Assembly: GCA_904063045.1 (NCBI GenBank)
Contig: CAJFCJ010000024.1
Coordinates: 372,001-436,000, forward strand
Length of the DNA: 64,000 bases
Source: Dimorphilus gyrociliatus
Lineage: Eukaryota; Animalia; Annelida
Direction of reading: 5' to 3'
Position numbers and translations under genes: made by a program. Shown piece after piece: positions 42,057 to 54,000 of the stretch. Within the stretch, counting starts at the first letter, position 1; the number at the start of each line of letters is the position of its first letter. The notes below the pieces were generated by a model. The model was not told the origin of the DNA. It saw nothing but the letters and a program-made list of their open reading frames with translations, and did no database searches.

Positions 42057-45000
42057 TTAATCTTTAATATCTTGTTTTATCTGATTACTTCTTGGTGCTA
42101 TTTCTGTAAAATACAATAGGAATTAGAGATGATAGTAATTTCCTTTTATTAAAATTATAATAAAAAAAAAGGATAGTATAGAATAGAAAGAAAAAGTGCC
42201 AACGTCCTTCGTTCAGCCTTATTAACCAATCGCCATTCGAATTTCCGGTTGAAAAGCCGACGAGGTTGATATCGCCAAGAAAATTTGGATCTTGATAAGA
42301 TGTTAAGATATTAATACCAAACTTTTCACCCCGTCCAAGTGTAATTGTCTCTCCTTCCCAAGTAAGCCAAAAGTCCTTAATATTTAAAAGGATAATCAAT
42401 TAATTAAAGGGAAAGATAATCGAAAACAAAATACATTAAACTGATTACAATCCAAAGCCTTGTCCAGTAACTTTCGTATAACTGTAAATCCTTTCCTCTT
42501 AACCAGAATTTCGGTATTATTATTAGCTCCAATTACAATAAGATAATCAACTGCTGTAACTTTATGACTTATCTTTATCTCAGCTTCTGAACAGGATCGC
42601 AGTCTAAAAGACACTTGGTCTCTATGTTCAACAGTCCTCCAGATTTTTGTGTAATCAACTTTTGGGTAAGTTCTGGTCGACGCCGCGAAAACTGTTTATA
42701 AAAATATTTTCATTAATTAAGTGCAGAAGAAGGAAATAGAACTCTTAAGTACATATTTATTTTCTTATACCTTGATCTTCGTAAATTCTCCATTTTTGCT
42801 GCTTAGCATTGGGATTGCCCTTAATGATACCAGTATATATATCAAAGCTGTTAAATTTCTGAGTGATCAAGGGCTCCCCGGTTCCTTCTGTTCCTGTGCC
42901 GAAGATAAATGTTCCATTAGTCCAACTAAGATAGAATTGTTTCATCCTATTGCAATGTAAGATATCTTTTGTATCTCGTTCAACATCTTGAAATTTGTTC
43001 GATTTCACAATGGTTTTGGTGTTGCCATTTGCGCCAATCTCGATTTCAATCATATCTGGAGTATTGTTTTCGTTTGCCGCTAATGAAATAATCGCGCTTT
43101 GACACGCCTGAACATTAAATTCCAAATAATATTTATCTCTTCTCAGAAAGAGAATTGTTCTATCTTGATTCCAGTCTCCATTATTACTGCCAATTGTAAA
43201 TACTATATCATCTCCTTTATCCTCTTCAATAAGCCAGTCACCATCTACACCACCACCGGGTACACCTCCTGTCGAAATTCCTACAGCAAATATCTGGGGT
43301 ACAAGGTCACGATAACCTTTGCCTTGAAGCATTGAAATAATTAATCTAATTAGTATAGTTATTAATTAATTAACATTGAAATATCAACCTTTCAAAAAGA
43401 CTTGTTCACCCACGATATCTCCTTTACCAACTTGAATCTCGTAATTAAACCAACTTACCCAAAATGGCCTATATTCATTTTCAGTTAATAGCCCTCTTTC
43501 GTTGCTAGAATCTAAATTTTTTCCACCTGGATATCTGACAGTTATGATTGATCTAGTTCCTCCCCAACCAGCTATTATGACTTTTACAGATGGTACTTCA
43601 GATGGTTTGAAGAAACTACTGGGAGCCAAGAAGAGGGAAGCATCTCTCTTTGCTTTAACGGAGAACTTAAAGTATTTGGTTACTTTATTATGCCTCCAAA
43701 AGTAGTCTAATGTATTTCTATCAGGTGTATGAATTTTGATTACTTCACCTATTCATAATTAACAAGGAGATTAGAAAAAACAAGGTAAATATAGTAGTTA
43801 TTTATTCTATATACCGCCGTGTTCTGTAAATCTCCATTCACCGCCACTATTGTTTCCGGTCGCTAGGCCGATCGAATTCACTTTATAATCAGGAGCGATG
43901 GGTACTTTTTTATTTCCAAAGAATGAGTTTGCTTTTGGTACAAGTCCATAGCCAGCGTCGAGAGTTTTTTCATCCCATGTTAACCAGAATGGCCTAAGTG
44001 AATTATTAGTATAATATTGCTGTAACTCTAGTAATAAACTTAACCCTTTACCTAGATTCTGTACAGGATAAAGCATCGGGAGTTTTTGCAGTTACAAGTT
44101 CCTCAGTTCTAGTAATATAACGTATGATAGTATTACCATCGTCGTTTCCAATAATTAACTCTAATCCCCGTTCTTGATCCACAAAACCCTATAATTTCGT
44201 ATGAAAAAGAGCATACATCAATTGAAAATCAATTAATTCTCTTAAAATAAAAAAATCCATTATCGCATTAATTTTTACTTACCAATCTAGTTGAAATATG
44301 AAGTGTAGCCCAACCGCAAGCCTTAACAAAGAATACTAGATAAGATTGACGGGGTGAATTTAACCATAGTGTTTTATACAGTTTGCCAATGTCGTTTGTG
44401 GGCGTTGCTGGAGTAAATGCATAATTGGTACTTTCCACATTATCAACCATGTACCATCTTCCAGAGCTAAATATACTTGTCGAAATGCCTAAATAGCGTA
44501 TGGGGGAAGGATTCGGATCTTGATAAGATAGGATTGTATTCACTTTTTGAACGCCCCCTTTACCGACTTCAATCTTTCCATCTAACCATCCAATCCAAAA
44601 TTCCCTTGATTCTCCTTCCTTAAGAATATTTGGTGTGTCTTTCTGATCTCTAAAATGTTCTGGTCCACCTCTACTAACCACACGAATAATGGACTTTTGA
44701 TTAAAGTCAGTTCCTAGAACAACCTATTAAAAAATAATTCAATAATGAACAATTAACGATAAAGATAAAGGAGTACTTCATAAATATTATTCTGCGAGTC
44801 ACCCTCATCTCTGGCCAAGATGATATGTGCATAGGCAGCCGCATCAACCCAGAAATTTATAAAATTTCTCGATTTAACAGATTTCCAAAGATATCTATAA
44901 GAATGTTCGAAAGGAGTTCGGCATAATATCATGTTACCTAATTATGATAAGGAGCTCTATTAATATTCATATATTTTTTATAAGAATTTTTTTTCACCAG

Positions 45001-45808
45001 AGTTCTCAGGTATTCTGAACGCGGCTTTATTGCCATATCGCGCAGAGAATCCGACGCCTACCACGTTATCGGCTATGTTCATGCTTGTGTTTAATTCGAT
45101 AATAACATTTCGGCCTAGTGAATTTCCGATTCCAATTGAAACTTTCCTAGGTAGCCATTGCAACCAGAACGACCTATATTTTCAATATATGTTTGCAATC
45201 AATTCAATGCATTATTTGCCGTTGGCGTTAAGATAATTGTTATACGTCAATCGAATCAGTTTTTTTCAATTCTATACCTTTCCTTTTTGTTTGAAAGTTT
45301 CTCTATTTTGTACGTTTTGTAGTTTTATACGATTAACTTCCTCGTCCTTTCCCTCTTTCTACCGCTATCCTTTGTTTACCTTCCCGCCCCCTGCCACCTT
45401 ATAAATCTCTCTTTTCTGTGACATTTAACCGTCACGGCTATTCAATACTAGAATGCCCATTTTACGTAATACAAACTATTTACCTATAGTCATTACAGTG
45501 CAGTAAATTCTCATAGGTAGCAATTTGGCCAGGAGAGAAACTATTGCTTATCGACACTCCGGTATTATCATTTACTCCTAGGCCTATTTCTATTGTATCA
45601 TCATCTACAGCCTGGAATGTAGATAATTAGTAATTATTTAGAATTCTAAATAAAAACATAAACCATTGAATCGCTGAGATAAACGTAGACAGAGGCGCAA
45701 CCTTGCACTCTAAAGTTCATGAAAGTTCTCCCAACAACATTATACCAAAAGGGATTTTCGCCAGCAACGAAAACTGTATAATCTCCTGCAAAATAAGTGA
45801 TAATTATC

Positions 45809-45843
<35 letters not shown>

Positions 45844-46108
45844 AGAACATTACGATTTTTCATATACTCTTATTAATTTTTTTTTCATATCGATTGATTA
45901 AACGTTTATCCCAAAAAAAAAGGGAAAAAAATGACATACCTGTTTGAAAGGTTCTTTGTTGCATGGGAAGAATATTTTGAGCAAATCCATTATTACAAAC
46001 TATTGTTATTATCATTATTAATAAACTATAAATGGATAAATATTGTATATTAATTTACTTACCCAACTGGAAAATTAGTAAGAGTGTTGAAATATTTAAA
46101 AATTTCAT
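42057..46108 (-). CDS. Secreted protein with six tandem farnesoic-acid-O-methyltransferase-like (Methyltransf_FA) domains
   Basis: Signal peptide MKFLNISTLLLIFQL|VCNNGFA^QN (exon 46108-46063, then a 63-nt intron). Six repeats of F.V.A/C...I.L...E(I/V).IG...T.S.I...(R/D)xFWxxW...I.vG.G...GxSTG...G.W across multiple short-intron exons. Ends QIAPRSNQIKQDIKD* at 42057 with no transmembrane segment. Confidence 0.8.
45811..45840. repeat. (GA)n microsatellite
   Basis: Directly visible, in an intron of the FAMeT-repeat gene. Confidence 0.9.
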
Positions 46109-46944
46109 AATTCATCAAGAATAATAATAAAAACAGTATCAAAATTAAGAGAAACTTTATTGGTTGTTGTTTACGATTGACTCTGATTGCAAGTCTGGTG
46201 CAGTTAGTAAATTTCTTCAAGATTTATGATTAGATAAGTGAAAACACCCATTATAAATGACTAAATATACAATGTATATATCCAGGTATAATAATCGCAT
46301 TTATTAAATATATAGAATTATAATATTGTATTTTACTCTTTTTAAACACTTAGTTATTGTCTTAATAATTCAAATGGAATTTTATACATAAAAACACTCA
46401 AACATATCAAAAAAGTTTGTCTATTATATCCTTTTCTACAGATGATTAGACAAGTTTCATTCGATTTAACAAGCATAAAAACTTAGATCATTCCCATTTA
46501 TAGATTCTATTAATAATAAATAGAGAATGAGTTCATAAAGAAGTTCTTTGCTTGTAAAGACAAACTTTTAATGTAAAATTTGATATATACATACAATTTC
46601 AAATATATACTGATTTATAGTCATTTTATGATAAAAATTTTGCTATAATCAATGTGTTGTTCCTTTAAAAAGTCAGAAAAAAACGACAGCTTTATCTGCT
46701 GAAACTCTTGAATAAAATTAAGAATGATTAATTGTTATTCTTGTTTTTTAAATAAAACAAGACATACTCCTTTATATACAGTATATAATCCGCCTACTTA
46801 TACCATATGTGTACTGTATATTATGATTATAAAACGGGAAAACAATGATACGGTATTTATTTACACCTTGTTCAATTTTTTATAAGTTCTTAATGCACTA
46901 CCTAAACAAACTGTTTTATAATCTGTAAGAGTTGTTTTTAAAAA

Positions 46945-46964
46945 ATATCACGTGATCAAGCTTT
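46945..46964. repeat. 20-bp inverted repeat, right copy (ATATCACGTGATCAAGCTTT)
   Basis: Exact reverse complement of 41859-41878. Confidence 0.85.
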
Positions 46965-48159
46965 TAATTGAAAGAAAAGGGGAAAATATAGAAAAGTATA
47001 TTGTTCGAGGATCAACTTTGTTTTCGTTTGTTTGATTTTTTTTTGTATTTATTGAAAAATTTCGTTAAAATTCAATTCGACATTTTGAATTGCTTATTTA
47101 GAAATTAAGGATTTAAAAAGGGATAAATTAGAAATTTGCTAACCTCTTTTACTCTCGTCCGAAATGTTAAAATGGTCTTGTTTTGCCGAAGAAGACGACT
47201 TAGCCTGTTCAAAAGAGAAAAAGTTGAGAAAAAAAAATCATTTGAAACTTACCACTTTAAAGAAAGAGTAGTTTTAATTATTGTATACCATTTTGTCAAA
47301 TACTCAAAAGATTTTGTAATAAAAGTGTCGGAGGTAAAAATAGAAATCGATGGAAAAACTATAACGGCTTACTCGACTTTGTGACAAACTTATTGCAATA
47401 GCGCCCTCTACGGTAGTGAAAAATCAATTTAAAATGACCGTTTAAGTAAAAATAGGCTTAACGGGTGGTTACCCACTTTTTCCTGTTATATTATGATTTA
47501 AATATTAATTTAAAGGATTAAAATAACTGTTTAACCCTCCTTTTTTTTAAGTTTGTATTTTTTTCAAGTGTTTGTTTAATATCGAATTAATTTGTTTATA
47601 TTTCATTTATACAGAGATATAGATATAGATTTTCTTCTATACCTTTTATTCACTTTCCTTTCATTTTACTTTTAAATCTAGTTATATGATATTAAATAAA
47701 TAATTAGGGCTTAAAAGCAGTATTTATAACTCTCCCCATTTTCCCAGGCTAATGAATAGATTTTAAGAATTATATTAAATATTAATTTAACCTTTTATCC
47801 CATGTTTTTCCTTCTAAGGGATCTCTTCACAACTATAATAATCTCTCCCTTCCCTCCCTCGTCCTTTTTTTTTTGTTAATTCCATCGGTATGGTATTTCT
47901 CATGCTAAATACGAGTTGAAACATTTAGACAGGCGTCTCTTTTTTTTCTCTTCTTAATTTATTATAAATTAAGTCAATTTATTAATCCATCGTATTTGAC
48001 GGCTTAGAACGTTGTTTTTAGGTGAACAGTGAGATTAACCACTACATCAAAGCATCATTTTATAACAAAACATAAACAAATTATTTAAATAATAGCATTT
48101 TCTTTTTTTAAATCAATGAATGTATTAAGTGAATTTTGCAGGAAAAGATAAGTTAAGTT

Positions 48160-49785
48160 TTAGAGTGTATCTTCTACTTCTTTTTCCTCTTTATCTCCCT
48201 CTTGCGGTTTCTCAACGTTTCCCTGCTGAGAATCATTTATCTTTTCTACGACAGCGGCTAGAACTGGATCACTAGCAACTTTCTCTCTAGTTTTATTGCT
48301 TTGTCTGAAAACTTTTCTTAACCTTTGCTCTGTTCTAGACGAGTACATTCTTGCAATTTTCCGACCCAATCTTGTTCCTTCACTCTTTGGCACTGTCGCG
48401 TCAACTTGAGATTCGCATTTGTCGAGGTGAGGTTTATCGTTACTTTCAACTTTTGGCTTGGAAGTTACTTTAATCGTGGATTTGACTTGGGGATTTGGAG
48501 AAATATTAGATTGTGGCAAACTGCTTCCAATACTGGAGGCTTCGGTTCCCATGCTCATTACAGAATCTGTTCGAATTGGAGACAATGGGGTAGAAGACGA
48601 ATTAATCGTCACCCTCCTCTCAAGAGAATCCCGGAAAACAGTACAAATAATAGGATTATAAATGGTCCAAGAATTTGATAAAAGAAATACTCCTTGCTTT
48701 ATTATAATTCCGATATGACGCCTATTTGGGAATAAATAACATTATAATAAGTTTTCAAAGAAAACACTGCGAGTTATTGTATACGATAATTAAAGTTTGC
48801 GTTATATACATTTTATAAAGCAAATCGATAGGCTCGCATTTAATATAAATATATATATACGATTATATACTGTATTTTATATAAACAACGGAGTAGGCCT
48901 AAAGGAAGAGGAGTTTAATTGAATTCTCACTTGTCTTTTGAACCGACAAATTGGCCCAGAGAGAGTATCCAAAATGGAGTCCACGAGAGAATTATAAAAA
49001 TATAATTTAATAATCCAATTTTTGTTCTTCTCTCTTTTGTTGCTGAGAACGCAGCTTTTGCGTATAAATAGATAGTAGCCAAACATGGTAGAAGTATTGT
49101 TATAGAAAAGCTCGTGAATACATAACTTGTATTTGTAAAATCTTCACTTAAGTAATCTAATGAACAGTATAACTGGTGATTTTGTAAAATATACGTTCCC
49201 CAACCCAAAAACGGTAAGAGGTACCAGACAATTGACCAGAGCCATACAAAAAATAACAGGAAAGTAGATGTGCCAAGGTAAGCTCCTTCTTTCCATATAG
49301 AGGAGTAATCATCGTACGCAATTATTGATAGAGTAGTAATACCAGCCGTTAAAGATGAACTTGATAGAAACGCTTGAAACTTACATAAAAAACCTCTAAG
49401 AATTGAACGCTTATAAATTGAGCTTAAAGTTAAAGGTAGTCCGTTAACTAGAGCAAAAATTACTTGACTAGCAGTATATGAAAGGAACAGCAATTTCGAT
49501 GGCATCTTTAGATGATTTGATCTGGAAAATAGAATAAATGAACACTTCCTTTGCAATTATTTTTTGTACAAAAGAAAAAATGCATTCTCTATGGATACGT
49601 ATTCCATGTGCTCAGACGTTTCGACAAAAAAATGGGTAATACCTATAAAAATATTGGATGAAACAGGCGTTTCCCAGAAATCCGATAACATTTGTTGAAC
49701 CAGCACAAATACCAAAAATAAGATAAAAGATGTTCTTAAAAGAACCAAAATTTTCGTGAGCTTCCTTACTAGTACCATTCCACAT
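48160..49785 (-). CDS. Opsin-like class A GPCR lacking the retinal-binding lysine
   Basis: Exons 49785-49643 (MWNGT...GFLGN, TM1), 49521-48931 (TM2-TM6: LCKFQAF...IAYDDY, PFLGWGTYILQNHQLYCSLDY, WTPF) and 48721-48160 (TM7 FLLSNSWTIYNPIIC plus a long tail) join in phase. The ORF-track entries 48927..49556 and 48160..48612 are parts of this gene. Confidence 0.85.
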
Positions 49786-50789
49786 AGCTAAAAAAAGACA
49801 AATGTGCTAGTGACGCCCTGCTTTCACTGATTAACTAGGATTATCTACAATACGATTAATAATTGATCAATCTGTATTAAAACTGTCTAGTCAGTTTATA
49901 TATTCTTTATTCTTTTTCATATCATCATTTAAAGTACATGAAAAGAGCAATTTATAAAACCTTGAAGAGGGTCTCTTTCTTCTAAAATTATTTTACGCAT
50001 CCTTCGCAACCGTCACATTTGCTGAGGGAAATGAACAAAGTGATTGATTAAAAATTTATCTAAAAATATACCAATTTTCCCTACGTATTGTGCCTTTTAT
50101 ATCATTCTGACGGTGAAATAACCTAATACGGTTAGTTTTGAATCCGCCCTTCAATTTACCACTTTCCACAGAAGGTAAAATATAATGCGTTTTTCGCATT
50201 TAACTCCTCCCTAAAATCGATCACTTCCGCAAAATATTTACAAATAAAAATCTCTAAATGATCGGTTACTATAAAGATTTTTATTAGAGTACTTCTTTCT
50301 TTTTATATATAAAGAATTTTGCAGTATTTTTATAGTTTTTGCTGTATGAAGAAAGGAGGGAGGGGGAAGAATGTTAAAATTTATTATTATTGGTTTAGGG
50401 AGTGAAGGATTGAAGAAAAACTTTTAACCAATAGCAAGCTTATCTGATAAGAATTTCTCTAATCTGACATTTGAAATTTGTGTTCTCTTAATCCTCAGGA
50501 GTCAGTTTTCAAGATGCTAAAATTTCAGTTTTATTTCAATTCTTGTCAGTTAGCTTGGTTTTTTTTCTTCTTCAGATATCACCCTATAATGATGGAAATC
50601 TGAGCTATTCGAAAATAGATTAATGTAGTTACAAATATATATTAATTATTGTGTTATTTAGCGATTTACATTAGGTTTTGTATTTTTAATTATTTAATAC
50701 GCACACATTCAATTAAATTAGACTTAATCGTGACTTAAATATTTGGAATTTTTGTCTCTGCTTGCTCTTTTATTCTCGTTAATGACTCT

Positions 50790-51050
50790 CAAAAGGGGGG
50801 CGGATTTAGTAGGCCATTCCATCCTACCCCTATCAGATATTGGCCATGACACGCTAATGATTGGCTGGGCCATGCGGAAAATCCAACAAAGGTTTCCCGC
50901 CAAAACCCCTGCCCTTGACTTTTTATTATCCGGCTGCCCAAACCGGTGAACCGATCACAACTACGATCGGTAGCCGCCATCTTGCTTGTTTAGTGTTTTC
51001 TATAACGCGCGTTTTAGGGGTCCGAAAAAATCGCGTTTTCGCCAGGGAAA
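50790..51050 (+). promoter_or_regulatory. Dishevelled promoter island
   Basis: GC box (GGGGGCGGA), two ATTGGC (reverse CCAAT) boxes, E2F-like TTTCCCGCC and GCCGCCATCTT (YY1/CTCF-like) in a GC-rich island just upstream of the ATG. Confidence 0.6.
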
Positions 51051-54000
51051 ATGGCGGATGAAACGAAGATAATTTACCATATAGATGATGAATCGACACC
51101 TTACTTGATAAAACTGCCAGTTGGAAGTGATCGGGTGACTTTGGGAGATTTTAAGAACGCTTTGAATCGGCCCAATTATAAATTCTTCTTCAAGTCGATG
51201 GACGATGATTTCGGGTTTGTTATTCAATATTTTTTATAGAAATTAAACAAGATTAGACTAGGGAGATCACTGATCATTCACAATTATCATTGAAAAAGTC
51301 TCTATGTTCTAGGAAAGTAGAAAGAAAGCCCTCTGTTTATAACTTGAGATTTTCTTTGTATGATTAGTCATTCCTGTTAAGCAAGTTAAAAGTTAATTCT
51401 TTTGGAAAGAATCTTCTGCATTTCCATTGTAAGATTGATGGAAACCATATCGTTAAAATTAAAATAATATGTATATGCCTAAAAGTAAATTTAATTATAT
51501 TAAAAACATTTGATAATACTATTTTTAATAGAAAATTTTGAAGAAAAGGAGAAAAGACTATTTAAAGTTTTAATTGGTTAAATCTGTGATCAGATGTAGT
51601 GAGATTTTTATTACCAGAAAATATATGGACTTTAATGGCATATTCCCGTCCAAATTTATTGCTAATCAATAGTATGATTAACAGCATCTTTTATTGTACG
51701 TTACAATATAGTGAACAAGTAAACGTTCTATAGAAATGTTCTTTTTTCTTTTTAAATGAAATAATCACAAATACTATACGTTAGAAGAATTTTTATATAA
51801 TTTCTAATTAAATATTATAAAATATATTTCTCAACAGAAGAAAATACCAGTAATTTTAGCATTCTATATAATAATTAATCCAATTTTAATTGGGCAGAGC
51901 AAGTAGTTTATTTTCATTATAATTAAACAATATATTAGAATAAATATTCACCTTAAAGGAAAAGGAATTATCGATAGAATACGAGAAGTTCTTGTTAACT
52001 GTTATTTTATTTAGTTATATATTTGTTGTAGGTAATAAGAATAATAAAAAGCATTTGATTTTTAGAATTTTCTACAATGTAATCAAATACAAGCATGGAA
52101 TAAAGACTATTCTTACTGTTTATTATAACTTATATAATTATATGGCTGGCTTTTTCCACCATTTAAATTACTATTTAACTTTATTTAATTGACGGTATAA
52201 GCTAAGCTAAAGAAATAGATATATATATTAGTGTTTATGTTTATATACATTGTTAAATATGGAGTACAGCTAAACACCTTTTTCTGATTAATGGATCTTT
52301 TCTTGCTCAATACAGAACTAGGTTTAGAAACGTGATGAAAAACTGTTTTCTATCGGATGATGTTAATTATCCTAGGCTAGGAGTAAAAATTTGTTTTTTA
52401 GTTTAAAGTAGGTTTACATTAGGAGAAATGTTTTCTGCGATAATTTATTCAAATATATTCACATGATACTAATTAAATTTTTTATCTTTTTTCTTATTAA
52501 AAAAAGGGTTGTTAAAGAAGAAATAACGGACGATGATCAGAAATTACCTTGTTTCAATGGAAGAGTTGTTTCCTGGGTAAGATAATTATGTAAATGAAAA
52601 CTTTTCAGTTTGTAAATTAAAACTGCTGGGAGTGTTTGTTAAAGAATACTATGGAAAGAATGTATCAATTATCATTTTTATAGTTTGCGTAACAATCTCT
52701 GCAATGAATTATATATTATTATTTTTAAGTGGCGATAACAATAAGTATTTGATCTGATAGTATAATCTAAATAAGTTCTTCAACAATAAGACATAGTGCT
52801 TAATAATTGGTTATTTTTAGTTAAAATTAACGATGTTTCAATACTTTTTAGCTCCTAGAAAAGTTTAGGACTTAAATCTGATTCTAATTAGAGTGTTAAG
52901 ATGATGTGTAATCATTAGGGATAAAAATAAATGTATGAATATGTTATGCTATATTCCTTTATTTTCTTTACACAGCTTGTGGCCGCAGAAAATAGTATAT
53001 CGGATAGTCAGTCTAATTGCACTGAATCAGCAGAGCTTCCAGGCGAAAGAGTAGCCGGCATTGGGGATAGCCGGCCCCCTTCCTTTCAGTAAGTTCTTAT
53101 CTATTTGGCCTAGCTTTTTTTTTTTGCTCACGTACGTTTGCATGCATATACGTTCGTATGCCAGTATGGAAGTATGAATAATCAAAAATATTTAAATTGG
53201 TAATGCCAGATGACATACGAAACAGCTTTCATATTAGATAGTTAATATTATTAAAATTGAAAGAGGTCAAGCCTCAGTAGCCGATAATGTCAATTGCTTT
53301 TTAATCAGTATCTTCCTATAGAGAGATTAAAGATTAGCAATATTTAGGGGATATATCCAATCGCTATCAGAAATCGACAAGTAAAACATTTTTGACTTAG
53401 GGCTTAAAAGCTCTTCATAGTGAAGCCGGAAATAGTAAATTATACACTATATTTTTCTCTCTAGCATGTATAAAAAAGAAAGATATGTTTTAGAATATTC
53501 TATTGAAAATGGAAAAAAAAACCTCCTTTTCGATTACCTGTAGCTAAAAGAGTGATAAAAGTATTATTTCTATAAAATTTACATATTATTCTATAAGTTC
53601 GCAAAGTGTAAAAGGCTTCACTGTTACATACGGAATATTTAGACTTTAAATAATTTAAGAGAAATCAAAAGATAATGATAATGCTTGTTCGAACTAAGTT
53701 GTTTGTCATTAATAAGATAGATGGCGCCCAATGAAAAAATCGACCAGGTCGTTGGCGTATAGACCAAATTTGATTCCAATACATATTAATGTAAATATTT
53801 CGTCCGAACGACGTGGCGCCGATCTATGCGCAAGTCAGTGTAAAAAGGCTTATTTTCCAGTCTATTTTAAATAGCAAACAGCAACGGTTAAAAATAGAGA
53901 ACTATGGTGGGAGGTGTAAAAGGAGAAGAGTGGTATTACTAAAAGTCGAATCATTAAGGGGTTGTTAAGATGGGCAAACAGTTGCAAAATATTTCTTCCG

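Noticed and set aside
47136-47384. Plus-strand 82-aa ORF
   Set aside because: It has a non-ATG start, low-complexity A-runs and no homology, and the splice signals here point to the minus strand.
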